A stretch of DNA of 64,000 bases from Waterburya sp. (GCA_965217895.1 CBDCJV010000002.1:1472001-1536000), one strand, 5' to 3'. Shown: positions 52,665 to 63,411, numbered from the stretch's first letter. Program-made: numbers and translations. Notes: generated from the letters alone by a model not told the origin.

Positions 52665-53013
52665 ATTGTATTGCTTTTAAATTAATTGACAATGTAAGTC
52701 TGGCAAATTATGACAGGAGTAAAATTAACAATTGCTCAAGTCGATATAGTTCTTAACTAATTGACTAATAAAGTTTAAGTTTACTTACGCTTTTAGTTAA
52801 AATCGTTACTTTTCTACTAATTCTTTATATGTATATTATCTTAAAGACTTAAAAGTAAGTAATGTTTAACCAAATTTCAAGTAGTTATTTAAGATTTTTA
52901 AAATTATCTTCTAAAGTCAGTTTTTGCCTATATCGTAGTAAATGAATGAATGAGGTAAGTTTTAATTACTCCTTATTAAAAAAACGTTTATACCTGAAAT
53001 TGTTTTAGAAGTT

Positions 53014-53307
53014 GTGTCAAATTTATTTCTTTCATTGTTTCTTGCTGCTGCCATGAGCTTTGCTGCTCCAGTAATACTTATTGGCTGCACTTTAGGATTG
53101 CTAAACATAGTCGGCTATGTTCCTGGTTTTCTAGACCTTAGTGAGATCGGAAAATTTTATATTCTCAATTTCTTGGCTGTGTTTGGCAATGGTAGACCTT
53201 TACAGGGTGCTATCACCCTTGGTATTACCATTTGTATCGTTGGTATTTTATTAGATATTTTGAACTTCTATCGCTATCAAAGCATGAGAGATAAAGATTT
53301 TAGCTAA
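53014..53307 (+). CDS. Hypothetical membrane protein
   Basis: Hydrophobic 97-aa ORF, 'SFAAP', 'FLAVFGNG.P', 'FYRYQ'. Confidence 0.6.
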   Translation: MSNLFLSLFLAAAMSFAAPVILIGCTLGLLNIVGYVPGFLDLSEIGKFYILNFLAVFGNGRPLQGAITLGITICIVGILLDILNFYRYQSMRDKDFS

Positions 53308-53394
53308 ATTACCTTTTAAAAAAGCGAAAATATTCATTTAATGCTAAAAAATGCTACAAACAATGTTTGTGTGTAGTTAAGCAAACAATTATCT

Positions 53395-54336
53395 ATGTCT
53401 GGTAGCGAATTAAAGGCAGATTTGTGGATCAATGAATATATAACCCCATGGGATATTTATACTCATGGAGTTACCAAGATTTTGGCATATCAAAAAACTC
53501 CCTTTCAGGAGATGTATATTGTCGAAACAGGAGCTTTTGGCAAAGGACTGGTTTTAGACGGCAAATGGCAATCCTGCACCGTTGATGAATTTATCTATCA
53601 TGAAGCATTGGTGCATCCTGGATTAATTGCTCACCAAAACCCTCGTAGTGTTTTAGTTCTCGGTGGTGGAGAAGGGGCAACAATTCGCGAAGTACTGCGT
53701 TGGCAAACCGTCGAGAAAGTAACGATGATTGATATTGATGGAGATGTAGTAGAAGCTTGCCAAAAACATCTTCCAGAAATGCACCAAAATGCTTTTGAAG
53801 ATCCTCGTGTAGAGTTAATTATCGCCGATGCGCTCAAGATTTTAGATACCACTACCCAAACCTGGGATATTATTATCTCCGATCTAAGCGATCCGATTGA
53901 ATCAGGTCCATCTTTTGCCCTGTTTACTAAAGAGTATTTTGCCAAACTCAAGCAAGTATTAAACCCTGGAGGATATGTAATGGTACAGGCAGGTCCCATA
54001 TCCCCGCCAGAAGTCCAGGATCATGCGCGTTTGGTTAACACTCTAAAAGCGGTGTTTGGTCAGGTAATTTCTCTATCTGCTCCTACTCCTTCCTATGGTC
54101 GCTCTTGGGGATTTGCTTTATGTTCAGATGAAGAAATCGATCTTAGACCACAGCCAGAATCAATAGATAAGCTATTGTCCGATCAAACCTCTGGAGGCTG
54201 CCGTTTTATTGATGGTACGACTCTTTTAGGCATCTTACAAACTCCGCTGTATATTCGCCAGGCTATAGCTACAGAAACTATTGTTTATACCCTGAGCGAA
54301 CCACCTAAGTTTTTTGGTACGGGAGCAATGGCATAA
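53395..54336 (+). CDS. speE: Polyamine aminopropyltransferase (spermidine synthase family)
   Basis: 'LVLDGKWQS...DEFIYHEALVHP', 'LGGGEGATIRE', 'IISDLSDP'. Confidence 0.88.
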   Translation: MSGSELKADLWINEYITPWDIYTHGVTKILAYQKTPFQEMYIVETGAFGKGLVLDGKWQSCTVDEFIYHEALVHPGLIAHQNPRSVLVLGGGEGATIREVLRWQTVEKVTMIDIDGDVVEACQKHLPEMHQNAFEDPRVELIIADALKILDTTTQTWDIIISDLSDPIESGPSFALFTKEYFAKLKQVLNPGGYVMVQAGPISPPEVQDHARLVNTLKAVFGQVISLSAPTPSYGRSWGFALCSDEEIDLRPQPESIDKLLSDQTSGGCRFIDGTTLLGILQTPLYIRQAIATETIVYTLSEPPKFFGTGAMA

Positions 54337-54933
54337 CGTTCTCGCGCTTTGAGAGAATTTATTCTTTGTCTAACAAATTGGGGGAACTTTCCCCCAGAGC
54401 CAAGCTTAAGGCTGGTATGGTATTAGTCTCTAGATGGAAAATTGGCAGCTATTTCCGAGTCGGGAAAAAACACAAACAATACTAAAGATGTTAAAGAAAA
54501 GGTCATCTGTTTGCTGTGGTATGCAGAGGCAAAATCTTTAGAAGTAAAAGATGTTGTCGATTGTTGCTGACGATCTTTTTTTGTTATGACATTAATGGCT
54601 AATAAAAAGCCGAGCATAAAAGAAAGCAGTAGGCTACAGATTAAAATTATCATTAGTCTCCTTGACAGACACAATGCTTATTTAGCTTTATTAAACACAA
54701 GCTAACTAATAAAACAAGACTCTGCAATATTTATTAATAATTAAGGTTGATTGTAATAAAGCGCAATATTTATTTAATAATTTATTAGCACTACAGACTT
54801 GATTGAGAAAAGCCCAAAGTTATATCAGTATCAGCAAAATGGCAGCTTAATTATGCTTAATTAAACCAACAGCCAATTAATTTAAATCTCAGTTTTCAGC
54901 CCAAGATGATGACTATTTTAATTTTGGGTAGAA

Positions 54934-55581
54934 TTAAACGCTCGTAACTAAGTTTTGCTGATTTTTAATTAAGGTGACGAAATTAGAAAGAATTTGCAGC
55001 CCATTGTCTGATGATTTTTCAGGATGAAACTGTACTGCCATCAGATTATTACGAGCGATCGCAGCAGTTACCGTTTGCGAACCATGGGTTACCATTGCTG
55101 CATTCAAGCTTTTATTTACAGGATCGGCATAATAAGAATGCACAAAGTAAAGATAAGGATCTGTAGGTAAATTCTGCCACAGGGAAAGTTCAGGCTGAAT
55201 CAATTCCAGTTGATTCCAACCCATTTGGGGAATAGTAATACCTGGTTCGCTTTTAAAACGTCGAACTATTCCTGGAATAACGCCTAAGCCTAATTCTTGT
55301 CCTTCTTCTGAACGCTCAAAAAGGATTTGCATACCGACACAGATCCCCAAAAAAGGTTTGCCAGAGGCGATCGCTTTTTTAATCGGCATTTCTAATTTAC
55401 GCTCTCTGATATGCTGCATTGCCGGATCGAAAGCACCAACTCCAGGTAGGACAAACGCATCTGCATTCAATATATCTGCAAGAGAACTAGTAATTTTGGG
55501 AGTTGCCCCTGCTTTTTCTAAGCCTTTACAAGCAGAATGCAGATTCCCAATTTCGTAGTCAATGACTGCTACGTTAACCAT
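54934..55581 (-). CDS. hisH: Imidazole glycerol phosphate synthase glutaminase subunit
   Basis: 'IDY..GNL.S', 'LPGVGAF', 'LGICVGMQ', 'YFVHSY', 'QFHPEKS'. Confidence 0.96.
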   Translation of the reverse strand: MVNVAVIDYEIGNLHSACKGLEKAGATPKITSSLADILNADAFVLPGVGAFDPAMQHIRERKLEMPIKKAIASGKPFLGICVGMQILFERSEEGQELGLGVIPGIVRRFKSEPGITIPQMGWNQLELIQPELSLWQNLPTDPYLYFVHSYYADPVNKSLNAAMVTHGSQTVTAAIARNNLMAVQFHPEKSSDNGLQILSNFVTLIKNQQNLVTSV

Positions 55582-55718
55582 AATTAGCTTCCTTTAGGTT
55601 TGATTGCTCTTTATGTATCGTGACATATCTCCGTTATTAAATTGTAAATTTACAACTTAATTTTCGGATAGGGACTGCATGATTCTAAAATTAAGTATGG
55701 GCGCAAAAGCAAAATGAT

Positions 55719-56117
55719 ATGAAACCGACTTTTAAGAATATGCTGGCTTGGGAACAAGCTCAATTACTAATGCAGCCAGCAATGCTGCGGGTAGTGGATA
55801 ATATCCGTAAAGAATTAGAAGTCTCAGACTGGAAAGGCAAATATAAAGAAGTAACCGCACCTATTCCTGGTTATCATCTTTGCTTGACTCGCTCTAATTA
55901 CCAAGTTGAGATTGATGTCTGGGAACTTTGCTATAAGGTTTGTTTTCTAGAATATGAGCCTGTCGAACATCTTTTTAGCCAGGAGAATGAGGCTGCTTAT
56001 CCTGTTGAGGTGGACACAAGATTAATCGACGAATTGGGCGAGGTAGACTGGCAGTTGTTAGAGTCAAAGGCGCAGCAGTCAGTTAGAAAAGCCTTTAGTA
56101 CCTTACCTGAACATTGA
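55719..56117 (+). CDS. Conserved cyanobacterial hypothetical protein
   Basis: 'AWEQAQLLMQPA..RV.DNIRK.LE.S.WKG.Y', 'GEVDW..L'. Confidence 0.7.
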   Translation: MKPTFKNMLAWEQAQLLMQPAMLRVVDNIRKELEVSDWKGKYKEVTAPIPGYHLCLTRSNYQVEIDVWELCYKVCFLEYEPVEHLFSQENEAAYPVEVDTRLIDELGEVDWQLLESKAQQSVRKAFSTLPEH

Positions 56118-56305
56118 GCATTGAGCATTGAGCATTGAGCATTGTAGGGTGGGCAGCAAAAGTTTATTGGTAGTATTAATAGATAAAATACAAAACTCTT
56201 TTTTGCCTTTTTTGCCCACCAATTAATTTAATAATCAGAGGTAGGGTGGGCAAACTAAAAACGAACCGTGTCAATATACTTTGAAACCAAATTTGCCCAC
56301 CTTAC
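56112..56305. repeat. (CATTGAG)4 heptamer run followed by two REPIN-like inverted pairs
   Basis: GTAGGGTGGGCA at 56144 and 56241 pair with TGCCCACC (ends 56220) and TTTGCCCACCTTAC (56292-56305). Confidence 0.8.
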
Positions 56306-56358
56306 AAGTTGTTAGATTAGCAACCAGTTATCAAAAATTTTCGGATAATTTAATAAAT

Positions 56359-57399
56359 ATGATGAATTTAAGACAAGTTCAAGAAGCAGCAGGAGCAATT
56401 TTCGATAAATCAAGCGTTGCTCAAAGTTTTAATAATGAGAAGCAAGCTTTAGAAGCGATCGCTCATGGGGTGGCAATATGCGATCGCTCTAACTGGGGAC
56501 TATTAAAAATTACTGGGGACGATCGTCTGCGTTATCTTCACAACCAAAGTACCAACAATTTTGAAAAATTAAAGGCTGGAGAGAGTTGCAATACTGTATT
56601 TGTTACCTCTACCGCCCGCACCTTAGATTTAGCCAGTGCCTACGTCACTGAAGATGCAGTCTTAGTTTTAGTATCTCCTAATCGCCGAGAGCAATTATTA
56701 AACTGGCTCGATCGCTTTATTTTTCCTTTTGACAAAGTTGAATTGACAGATATTTCCACAGCATCAACGGTATTTAGTTTAGTTGGCGCAAAAAGTAAGG
56801 CTATCCTATCTCAACTTGTTACAGGGGAAATTCCCCAGGATAATTTAGGCAACCACAGTACGGTAACTATTGACAATGTTTCTATTAGAATTGCTGGGGG
56901 AAGCGGTTTGACGACTCCTGGCTATACTTTGATTTTAGATAACGATGACGCGGTTACGGTTTGGTCAAAATTAACTGAGGCGGGAGTAGTTCCTTTTGGC
57001 GATCGCCTATGGGAAAGTCTCAGGATTCAACAGGGTAGACCGATTCCAGACCGAGAATTGACCGAAGACTATAACCCTCTTGAGGCAGGACTTTGGCAGA
57101 CTATTTCCTTTGAAAAAGGCTGTTACATTGGACAAGAGACGATCGCCCGCTTAAATACCTACAAAGGGGTCAAACAGAGACTCTGGGGAATTAAGTTAGA
57201 CAAGGTTGTTAAACTTCAAACTCCAATTACCTTAGACGACAGCAAAGTCGGAATTTTAACTAGCTATACCGAAACTCCTACAGGTGCTTATGGTTTAGGC
57301 TATGTACGTACCAAGGCGGGAGGAGAAGGACTACAGGTACAGGTTGGAGATGCGATCGGCACTCTAGAAAGCGTACCCTTTATCCACCATGAAAATTAG
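56359..57399 (+). CDS. ygfZ: Folate-binding protein YgfZ
   Basis: 'KGCYIGQE' signature; 'G.DRLRYLHNQSTN'; the upstream TTG lies inside a repeat, so ATG 56359 is preferred. Confidence 0.9.
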   Translation: MMNLRQVQEAAGAIFDKSSVAQSFNNEKQALEAIAHGVAICDRSNWGLLKITGDDRLRYLHNQSTNNFEKLKAGESCNTVFVTSTARTLDLASAYVTEDAVLVLVSPNRREQLLNWLDRFIFPFDKVELTDISTASTVFSLVGAKSKAILSQLVTGEIPQDNLGNHSTVTIDNVSIRIAGGSGLTTPGYTLILDNDDAVTVWSKLTEAGVVPFGDRLWESLRIQQGRPIPDRELTEDYNPLEAGLWQTISFEKGCYIGQETIARLNTYKGVKQRLWGIKLDKVVKLQTPITLDDSKVGILTSYTETPTGAYGLGYVRTKAGGEGLQVQVGDAIGTLESVPFIHHEN

Positions 57400-57649
57400 T
57401 AACTGATGTTATGTACTCATTGATCTGCTATGGCTGGGAAAAGGTTAAGGGGAAATGGAAAAAGGATTAATTGTTCTCTTTTCATTGCTCATTGAAATCA
57501 CTAGTTTTTCGTTATACTGCGTAATGTCAGTTAGTAAGTAGCAGATTAAATAGTTGCCGACTTTAGCCTTGATTTTTGCGATCGCCGTAGAACGATAGGG
57601 TTCAAAAAATAAGCGGGTTTTTCCTAAAGTTTCTCCCGTATTAAATTGT

Positions 57650-60412
57650 TTATCCAATTAATAAAGCCACGGAAAAGTTCTGTAAAATTTCGCCAACCGC
57701 TAGATTTTCGCCGACAATTGTTTGATGGTCGATTAGATTGTGCCAATTTTTGTGTGCCAACTTCAGGCTTGTATCTGACCATACTTCTACACCAAGAGGA
57801 AGTTGTCCTGGTTTGATAATTTCAGTTAAAAAACGAGGCGCGATCGCAACTATAGTTTTGTCTCCATGATTTCTGGCAAAAGCAACTAGATGGTTTTGGT
57901 ATTTTCCAGTAACTTCTATTGGTTGATAGTCGCCGTTTAAAAATATTTCTGAATATTCTTTTCTAGCCTGTAGTAATTGATGAGTTATAAAAAGTTTAAT
58001 TTTGCCGTTCTCTTTGGCTTCAATTAGTTCTTTAATTAATTGCAGAATATCTAGCTCAATTTTTGCTTTAATATCTTCTAAAAAGTTCATTCGCTGTTGA
58101 TAATCTACAGGACGACGATTATCAGGATCGACTAAACTTAATTCCCATAATTCTGCACCTTGATATAAATCTGGTACGCCTGGGGCAGTATTTTTTATTA
58201 ATACTTGAGCCAGAGAATTGTAAATCCCGTATTCAGCTATTCGTTTTTGGAAAGGTTGAAACTGTTGCCAAAAATCAGATTCTTTTGCTGCTAAAATGCG
58301 ATCAATAAAGCTAAAAAATGCTTGTTCGTATTCTTCATCGGGACGTAACCAAGCAGTATGAACTTTAGCTTCTCGCACTGCTTTTAAAATATAATCTTTA
58401 ATTCTATTAGGTAAGTCAGCTAAATCACCTTCTTCAAAAGGAAAAACACCTAACAGAGTTTGATAAAAGAAATATTCATCATTAGCATCGGGACTACCGT
58501 TTTGTTTATGGATTTGGTTAACTTCACGCCATTGATTGACTTGTTGTGACCACTCTTGAGGAATTTCCGAAAGCACATTTAAGCGGGCGCGTATATCTTC
58601 ACCTCGTTTTGTATCGTGGGTAGCAGTTGTATTCATTCCCTGCTGCCAATTTTTAACTTTATTCTGATTGAATTGATGAAACAAACTTAGCTCAATGCCG
58701 AAATGACTGGGGTTTCCTCCTACCTCATTTAATGATAGTAATCGGTTATAAACATATAAAAGTGTATCTTCAACTCCTTTCGCCATTAATGGTCCTGTTA
58801 ATTGTTGCGATCGCATTACAAAATGCAGCCATTCTTCTCGTTGAGTTTTACTGCGAAAATCTTCGTATTCTAAAAGCAATACTTTTTGAATAAAGTTAAA
58901 TTCGTTAATTAGTAAAGGAGCTTTTTTCTTAGCAGCTTTAATTGTTTCTCTAACATATTCTCGATCTACTTCAGTAACTCCACTTGCATCAATATAGGTT
59001 CGATAAACAGGGAAAAGCACTAATACCTGAAATAAAGCTTGTCTTAAACCATAAATAGTAAAGTCACTTCCTTCTCTTGTATGCGAAGAGATTTTTTTAA
59101 GAACTTGAGTTAAGTTTTCTAAGTCTCCACCTAGATTTTTTGATAAAATTAAGCCTTTTTTTTCGTAAACTAAGTCTTCATAGGTGGTTTTTAAACCAGT
59201 AAAAGTAGCATAAATATTGCTAAATTCTCGTTCATTTTCTGAGTTGCAAAATAGGCCATTCACATAGTTTAAAAATTCGTAACCACTCGTACCTTGAATT
59301 TGCCAATTTTGTGGTAAATCCTCGGTCAATTCGAGAATTTTTTCAACAGTAATATATGTGTCTCCTAACTTTTCTCTCAGCCTAGTTAAATATTCAGCAG
59401 GATTGTATAAACCATCTATATGATCGATACGCACCCCTGTAAATTTATTTTCGCTTACTAGTTGACTAATTAATTCGTGAGTTTTATTAAATACTTTTAA
59501 GTCTTCTACCTTGACAGAAATTAACTCATTAACTGTAAAAAATCGGCGATAATTAATTTCTTCTGCACCTACTTTCCAAGATGATAAACGATAAAATTGC
59601 TCAGAAAGTAAATTATCTAACAAATTAAAGCTCTCAGGATTATCGACTTCACCGTTAAATTCTTTAAGATTACTTTGAATGAATTTTTCTACTAAAGGAT
59701 TTTGATGATAAGTTTCCCAGATTAGACTTTTAATAAAATTTATTTGGTCATAACGCTCTTTTCCTTTTGTTTCCTCGGGAATATTTTTGAGTAAATATAA
59801 AATACCCAAAAACTTAATAAAATCTGGATGTTGGCGACCTATTTCTCTAGCTAACTTTCCTAAATTATGAGTAATAAAAGTTATATAAGACTCAATTCTA
59901 ACTGGTAATTTTAAGTCAAAATAATTAACTAATAAACCTTTCTCATTATAGTCAAGCTTAATTTCTCCTCTTTCTAAAGAATTACCATAAAAATCACCTA
60001 GCAAAGGAGCAAGTACCCGCTCATTCATTTCTTCATAAGGCTGATTCCAATTAATATCAAAAAAGTCAAACAATTCTGAATCTTTACCATTTTCTAAGAT
60101 ATCCATCAACCACAAATTTTGACTATCATAAGCCATGTGGTTAGGAACAATATCCTGTAACCATCCCATTTGATGCTGATGAATTTCGTCAATTAGTTTG
60201 TTAAAATCTGCTTTAGTTCCTAGTTCGGGATTGAGTATAGTTGGATCTACCACATCATAGCCATGAGTACTTCCTTTACTGGCTTGGAAAATAGGCGAAG
60301 CATAAAGATCGGAAATACCTAGATTAGCTAAATAATTAACAATTTCTTGGGCTTGCACAAAATTAAATTGGGAATAAAACTGAATTCTATAGGTGGCTGT
60401 CGGAATACGCAT
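57650..60412 (-). CDS. treY: Malto-oligosyltrehalose synthase
   Basis: 'P.ATYRIQF', 'GSTHGYDV', 'DIVPNHM', 'NYRRFF', 'RIDHIDGL', 'THDTKRGED', 'SLVDPDNRRPVDY'. Confidence 0.96.
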   Translation of the reverse strand: MRIPTATYRIQFYSQFNFVQAQEIVNYLANLGISDLYASPIFQASKGSTHGYDVVDPTILNPELGTKADFNKLIDEIHQHQMGWLQDIVPNHMAYDSQNLWLMDILENGKDSELFDFFDINWNQPYEEMNERVLAPLLGDFYGNSLERGEIKLDYNEKGLLVNYFDLKLPVRIESYITFITHNLGKLAREIGRQHPDFIKFLGILYLLKNIPEETKGKERYDQINFIKSLIWETYHQNPLVEKFIQSNLKEFNGEVDNPESFNLLDNLLSEQFYRLSSWKVGAEEINYRRFFTVNELISVKVEDLKVFNKTHELISQLVSENKFTGVRIDHIDGLYNPAEYLTRLREKLGDTYITVEKILELTEDLPQNWQIQGTSGYEFLNYVNGLFCNSENEREFSNIYATFTGLKTTYEDLVYEKKGLILSKNLGGDLENLTQVLKKISSHTREGSDFTIYGLRQALFQVLVLFPVYRTYIDASGVTEVDREYVRETIKAAKKKAPLLINEFNFIQKVLLLEYEDFRSKTQREEWLHFVMRSQQLTGPLMAKGVEDTLLYVYNRLLSLNEVGGNPSHFGIELSLFHQFNQNKVKNWQQGMNTTATHDTKRGEDIRARLNVLSEIPQEWSQQVNQWREVNQIHKQNGSPDANDEYFFYQTLLGVFPFEEGDLADLPNRIKDYILKAVREAKVHTAWLRPDEEYEQAFFSFIDRILAAKESDFWQQFQPFQKRIAEYGIYNSLAQVLIKNTAPGVPDLYQGAELWELSLVDPDNRRPVDYQQRMNFLEDIKAKIELDILQLIKELIEAKENGKIKLFITHQLLQARKEYSEIFLNGDYQPIEVTGKYQNHLVAFARNHGDKTIVAIAPRFLTEIIKPGQLPLGVEVWSDTSLKLAHKNWHNLIDHQTIVGENLAVGEILQNFSVALLIG

Positions 60413-60420
60413 AATAAAAA

Positions 60421-60560
60421 GTTAGTAGTTAGTAGTTAGTAGTTAGTAGCAAACGGTGAAACAGTGTGATTCTTGGCGGTTTTTATCGATAAAGGCGCAT
60501 AGTTAGCCACATATAGCAACTGCTGAACCCTTTAGGGCAGTTCGCCCGTACAGTAGTTAG
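60421..60560. repeat. (GTTAGTA)n heptamer run interrupted by a hairpin-containing insert
   Basis: Four GTTAGTA units at 60421-60448; AACTGC...GCAGTT hairpin; resumes as AGTAGTTAG. Confidence 0.6.
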
Positions 60561-60565
60561 TTTTA

Positions 60566-62383
60566 TTATTGGTAAAGTACAAAACTATGAGGATTAATTG
60601 ATAATTGTTGTTTTTTTGAGTCAATTTGTTCTGGTAAATCTGAACCTGTTCCCAGCCATTGAGCTTCAGCAGAGTCTAAGATTTTTTGCCATTTTCCTTC
60701 GGGGAAAATATTTTCTAACTCAACATTTTGATCGTTAAAGTTAAGAATAGTAAATATCTGACTATTATCTTGCCAACGATGTAACAAAATAACCTTATCG
60801 TTTTCTCTAGCAGTAGCCGTTAAATTCTGTTTGTCAAGTTTTTTTAACGCAGGAATAGTTCGACGCAGGTTAATTAATTGCTGGTAAAGCTGCCATAGAA
60901 TTTTATGTTTACCTTCATTTCTTTGCTGCCAATGTAGTTTTGATATGTTGAAAGCTTCGACACTTTGAGGATCGATATAATCTCCCTCAAGATGAAAATC
61001 GGTAAATTCTTTTTTTCTCCCTTCTCTAACTGCTGCAACTAAATCTGGATCATTATGGCTGACAAAATAAAGAAAAGGAGATTCTTCCCCGTATTCCTGT
61101 CCCATAAATAATAATGGAATATAAGGAGACAACAATAAAGCACCCGCAGCTAATTTTGTCGCCTCAAAATCAATCAAGTCAGACAAACGTTCGCCTAACA
61201 TTCGATTGCCAATTTGATCGTGATTTTGAATGCAAACCACAAATTGATGTCCTGGGCGATCGCCTGGAGCATTACCGTGATATCGTTTACGAAACGGAGA
61301 ATATTCCCAGTCGTAAACAAAAGTATTCTGATAAGCTTTAGCTAGCTGTTCGCAAGTACCAAAATCAGCATAATATCCCCCCGACTCTTTGGTTAAGACT
61401 GTGCGGAGGGAATGATGAAAATCATCACTCCATTGAGCATCAATTCCGTAACCGCCTAATTCTTGCGGACGAATAACACGCACATCATTAAGATCGCTTT
61501 CAGCGATCAAATAAAACTTTCTACCTACTTGCTGGGAAAACTCTTCTACCCTTTGGGCCATCTCTTGCAGAATATGCTTTGCGCTTGAATCGTAAATAGC
61601 CTGAATTGCATCTAAGCGTAGTCCATCAATGTGATAATTTTCTAACCAATACAGAGCATTTTCAATAAAATAGTTTCGCGCACCGTAACTATAAGCATCA
61701 TCGAAATTAATTGCGTCTCCCCAGGGAGTCTGATAAGTTTCCGTGAAATAAGGAGCATGATGAGCAACATAGTTACCTTCGGGACCAAAATGATTGTAGA
61801 CTACGTCTAAAATTACCGCTATTCCCTGTTGGTGCGCTGCATCGACCAATTGCTTTAAATCCTCTGGTCTACCGTAAGAATTTTGCACCGCATAAGGATA
61901 TACCCCATCATAACCCCAATTGCGATCGCCAGAAAATTGAGCCACTGGCATAATTTCAATGGCATTGACTCCCAACTCCGCCAAGTCTGACAAACGAGTC
62001 ATAATTGCCTTAAAAGTTCCTTCAGGAGTAAAAGTGCCGACGTGAAGCTCGTAGATAATCATTTCTTCTAGGAGAATACCAGCCCACTCAGAATCTTGCC
62101 AATTGGTATTATTGTGAGCGATAATTTCTGATGCTTGATGAACTCCTTGGGGTTGAAAATGAGAAGCGGGGTCTGGTCTATCCGCTCCATCTTCAAGCTG
62201 ATAGTAGTAAAGCGTACCAGGCTCAATTTCGGCTTTAAGATACCAATAACCCTGTTCTTGCTTGGTCATTGGTAGCAACTCCTCTTTGGGAGAAACAAGA
62301 TGTACAGCTACTTTTTCTTTTAAAGGCGACCAAAGAGTAAACTCGCAAATACCATTACCCAGATATTGAGAACCAACTTTCAT
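60566..62383 (-). CDS. treZ: Malto-oligosyltrehalose trehalohydrolase
   Basis: GH13 motifs 'YELHVGTF', 'NWGYDGV', 'DGLRLDA', 'QNHDQIGNR', 'FMGQEYG'. Confidence 0.96.
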   Translation of the reverse strand: MKVGSQYLGNGICEFTLWSPLKEKVAVHLVSPKEELLPMTKQEQGYWYLKAEIEPGTLYYYQLEDGADRPDPASHFQPQGVHQASEIIAHNNTNWQDSEWAGILLEEMIIYELHVGTFTPEGTFKAIMTRLSDLAELGVNAIEIMPVAQFSGDRNWGYDGVYPYAVQNSYGRPEDLKQLVDAAHQQGIAVILDVVYNHFGPEGNYVAHHAPYFTETYQTPWGDAINFDDAYSYGARNYFIENALYWLENYHIDGLRLDAIQAIYDSSAKHILQEMAQRVEEFSQQVGRKFYLIAESDLNDVRVIRPQELGGYGIDAQWSDDFHHSLRTVLTKESGGYYADFGTCEQLAKAYQNTFVYDWEYSPFRKRYHGNAPGDRPGHQFVVCIQNHDQIGNRMLGERLSDLIDFEATKLAAGALLLSPYIPLLFMGQEYGEESPFLYFVSHNDPDLVAAVREGRKKEFTDFHLEGDYIDPQSVEAFNISKLHWQQRNEGKHKILWQLYQQLINLRRTIPALKKLDKQNLTATARENDKVILLHRWQDNSQIFTILNFNDQNVELENIFPEGKWQKILDSAEAQWLGTGSDLPEQIDSKKQQLSINPHSFVLYQ

Positions 62384-62536
62384 ATTTATCTAGCTGCTAT
62401 TGTTTGTATCCCCGCTTGATTTTTACCATTATCTTATTCGCGATAGCTTCTATCTAAAGAAAGGTTTGTCGCTATTTTCAGGCGATCTTTTTACTATAGA
62501 TAGTTAGATAGCTAAATATCTGTTTGAGGGAAAAGA

Positions 62537-63180
62537 TGAGAATTCCAGGACAAACAATCAAACTACTTGATTATAGACAACAAAAGGCATCTGCTCCTTT
62601 TGTGCCAAACCTCCCTTTACTCTCAAGCACAGGTTGGGATAGTATTCACCTCGAATACCATCAACAGCCCAAATTTGAAACTACCAAACATCAACATACC
62701 ATGCACGTAATTGCTTATGGTATTTCTAACTCACCAGCACCAGGAGAGCGATCGCTCGATGGCAAAGTTAAAACAGAAAGGCGGAGTCAGGGGGATATCG
62801 CAATTATTCCTGCTGGTATTGCTCATTGCTGTAATTGGAACACTACCGCCGAGTTTGGTGTTTTGGCTATTGAACCTGTACTGTTGCAACAAGTCGGTCA
62901 AGATTTAGTAGATTGCGATCGCATTTCTCTCATTCCTCAGTATATGAACGAGCAAGACGAGCTAATACAGGGAATTTTCTCAACTTTAAAAGATGAGTTG
63001 AAGTTTGGCAAGATTGGTAGTAATTTATTGATTGATAGTCTCAAAACTACTTTAGCCATTCACTTATTACGAAAATATTGCTCTACAAAACCCAAACTTT
63101 TCAGCTATGAAGATGGCTTAGCGAAATCAAAGTTAAAAGAGATAACAGAGTATATCAATGCCAATCTTGATCGCCATTAG
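62537..63180 (+). pseudogene. AraC family regulator truncated before its HTH domain
   Basis: Typical N-terminal domain and linker 'LAIHLLRKY...GL...KLKEITEYINANLD', then a stop; no HTH in any downstream frame. Confidence 0.75.
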
Positions 63181-63411
63181 TAAATCTTAGAAGCTTTACA
63201 ATTAAAAACTACTGACTTCCACAAAGCAGCAATAGTTGCGGTCAGAATGATTTAAACGCATTGATTTAATGCTTTAAATACATAAATAACGAATTTTTAG
63301 TGGTCTATGCTACTAAACAACAATTGAAAATAACATAAAACAATAAAAGTAAAGTTTAATTTTGCGTTCAATTGTCCCCAAAATAATTATAAGTGTGAGA
63401 ATAGCGATCGC

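Noticed and set aside
54423..54674. 83-aa ORF with 'FFPD', superficially PsaJ-like
   Set aside because: Lacks the PsaJ 'APV...IEFNR' pattern; at best an unknown small membrane protein.
57445..57657. ORF overlapping the treY stop as a possible treH/treS remnant
   Set aside because: No glycoside hydrolase motifs recognisable; TTG start; unsupported.
4615..62908. Many short ORFs antisense to or nested in well-supported genes (e.g. 4615-5022, 6609-6899, 34453-34830, 37521-38163, 53631-53999, 62711-62908)
   Set aside because: Shadow frames of real CDSs with no recognisable motifs.
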